Notes under the pieces: generated by a model
The model's database searches: none
Told to the model about the DNA's origin: nothing
The model's input: only the letters and a program-made list of their open reading frames with translations
Program-made: the position numbers and the translations under genes
Shown here: positions 63,400 to 64,000 of the stretch, piece by piece
How the letters are laid out: each line of letters opens with the position of its first letter
How positions within the stretch are numbered: the first letter of the stretch is position 1
Assembly: GCA_040437565.1 (NCBI GenBank)
Contig: JBDOQK010000041.1
Location: forward strand, 124,001 to 188,000
DNA from: Albugo candida
Lineage: Eukaryota
Direction of reading: 5' to 3'
DNA length: 64,000 nucleotides

Positions 63400-64000
63400 A
63401 TTTTCACTATCTGAGAATCAAACATCGTAAGGCGTTTATGCGCAGCCTTGAGCTCCATTTCCTCCGTTCCTCCACGTGCTTCATTTCCAAAATAACACCA
63501 GTTATTCAATTCCTATCCTTTGCCTGTTGCTAATGTCCAGCTGAACCCTGAGCTCCATAATTCTCATAACTTAACGTTTCGGAACTCAGTTGTTCCTGTT
63601 GAAAACGTTTCTTCCGCTGATCGTTGACTCCCAAAATCTTCATCTCGTGACGAGCACACTCTGATTGTGCCAGTCGAAGTGACTTCACTTCGAGCTTTTC
63701 CGTTATGGGCCACAATCTTTGCTAGCCGCTGTGAGAGCTTCCAAGTCGGTGGAACGGTTCTTTCCCTTAAAGCTGCTCTCCCAGTTTCTTGATAGCCTCC
63801 ATACGGTCTTTAGCGTTCTCCACTTATTCATCATTGCCTTATGCTTAATATTTTCGACGCTCTCGCCGAGTCGTCGGGTCGATGTGGTACGTGAATTGTC
63901 ATCTGATGATTCTTGCGATATACGCGTCAACTTGGTGGCCAGTAAGGCACAAAACGCGTTTTTTTTTCTCCCTCGCCATCTCAGATCCAGCTAAATTCAC
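63400..64000 (-). other. Possible fragmented or decayed coding sequence (Lys/Glu/Arg-rich) at the window edge
   Basis: Abutting short minus-strand ORFs in different frames, with no recognisable domain. Confidence 0.2.

Noticed and set aside
1..64000. CRISPR arrays, rRNA, intact transposons or prokaryotic operons
   Set aside because: None seen. The window is intron-containing eukaryotic DNA with no transposase, RT or integrase motifs and no spaced repeats.

Overview
Gene-dense eukaryotic scaffold with short (about 40-75 nt) GT-AG introns and very short intergenic spacers. It is most consistent with an oomycete, possibly an Albugo-type obligate biotroph; this is inferred from gene content and compaction, not proven. 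It holds about 28 protein-coding loci, mostly housekeeping: CAMK kinase, TMEM104-like transporter, aconitase, PCIF1-like methyltransferase, RPL3, GINS2, RRM-CCCH protein, SMC2, Sec61 alpha, TAF11, a giant transmembrane calpain-like protein, ATX1 copper chaperone, cathepsin-ML fusion, SLC37-type MFS transporter, RecQ, STN1, GBP-like protein, PRMT, GGTase-I beta, MetAP, DUF1279, a PTA-N/BioD-like protein, ERD2 and a 2-oxoacid dehydrogenase E1. There is also one tRNA-Asp(GTC). Eight of the ten ~100-N gaps are flanked by direct duplications of 28 bp to 3 kb, so the apparent gene duplications are assembly artefacts. I see no clear new multi-gene system. The most notable observations are a 2524-aa DEK1-like membrane calpain lacking its catalytic Cys and His, a Sec61 start codon that exists only after splicing (A|TG), an 82-nt antisense CDS overlap between RecQ and the MFS gene, a RecQ/STN1 head-to-head pair 37 nt apart, a divergent SucA-like E1, and an intron-bearing bacterial-type PTA-N gene.
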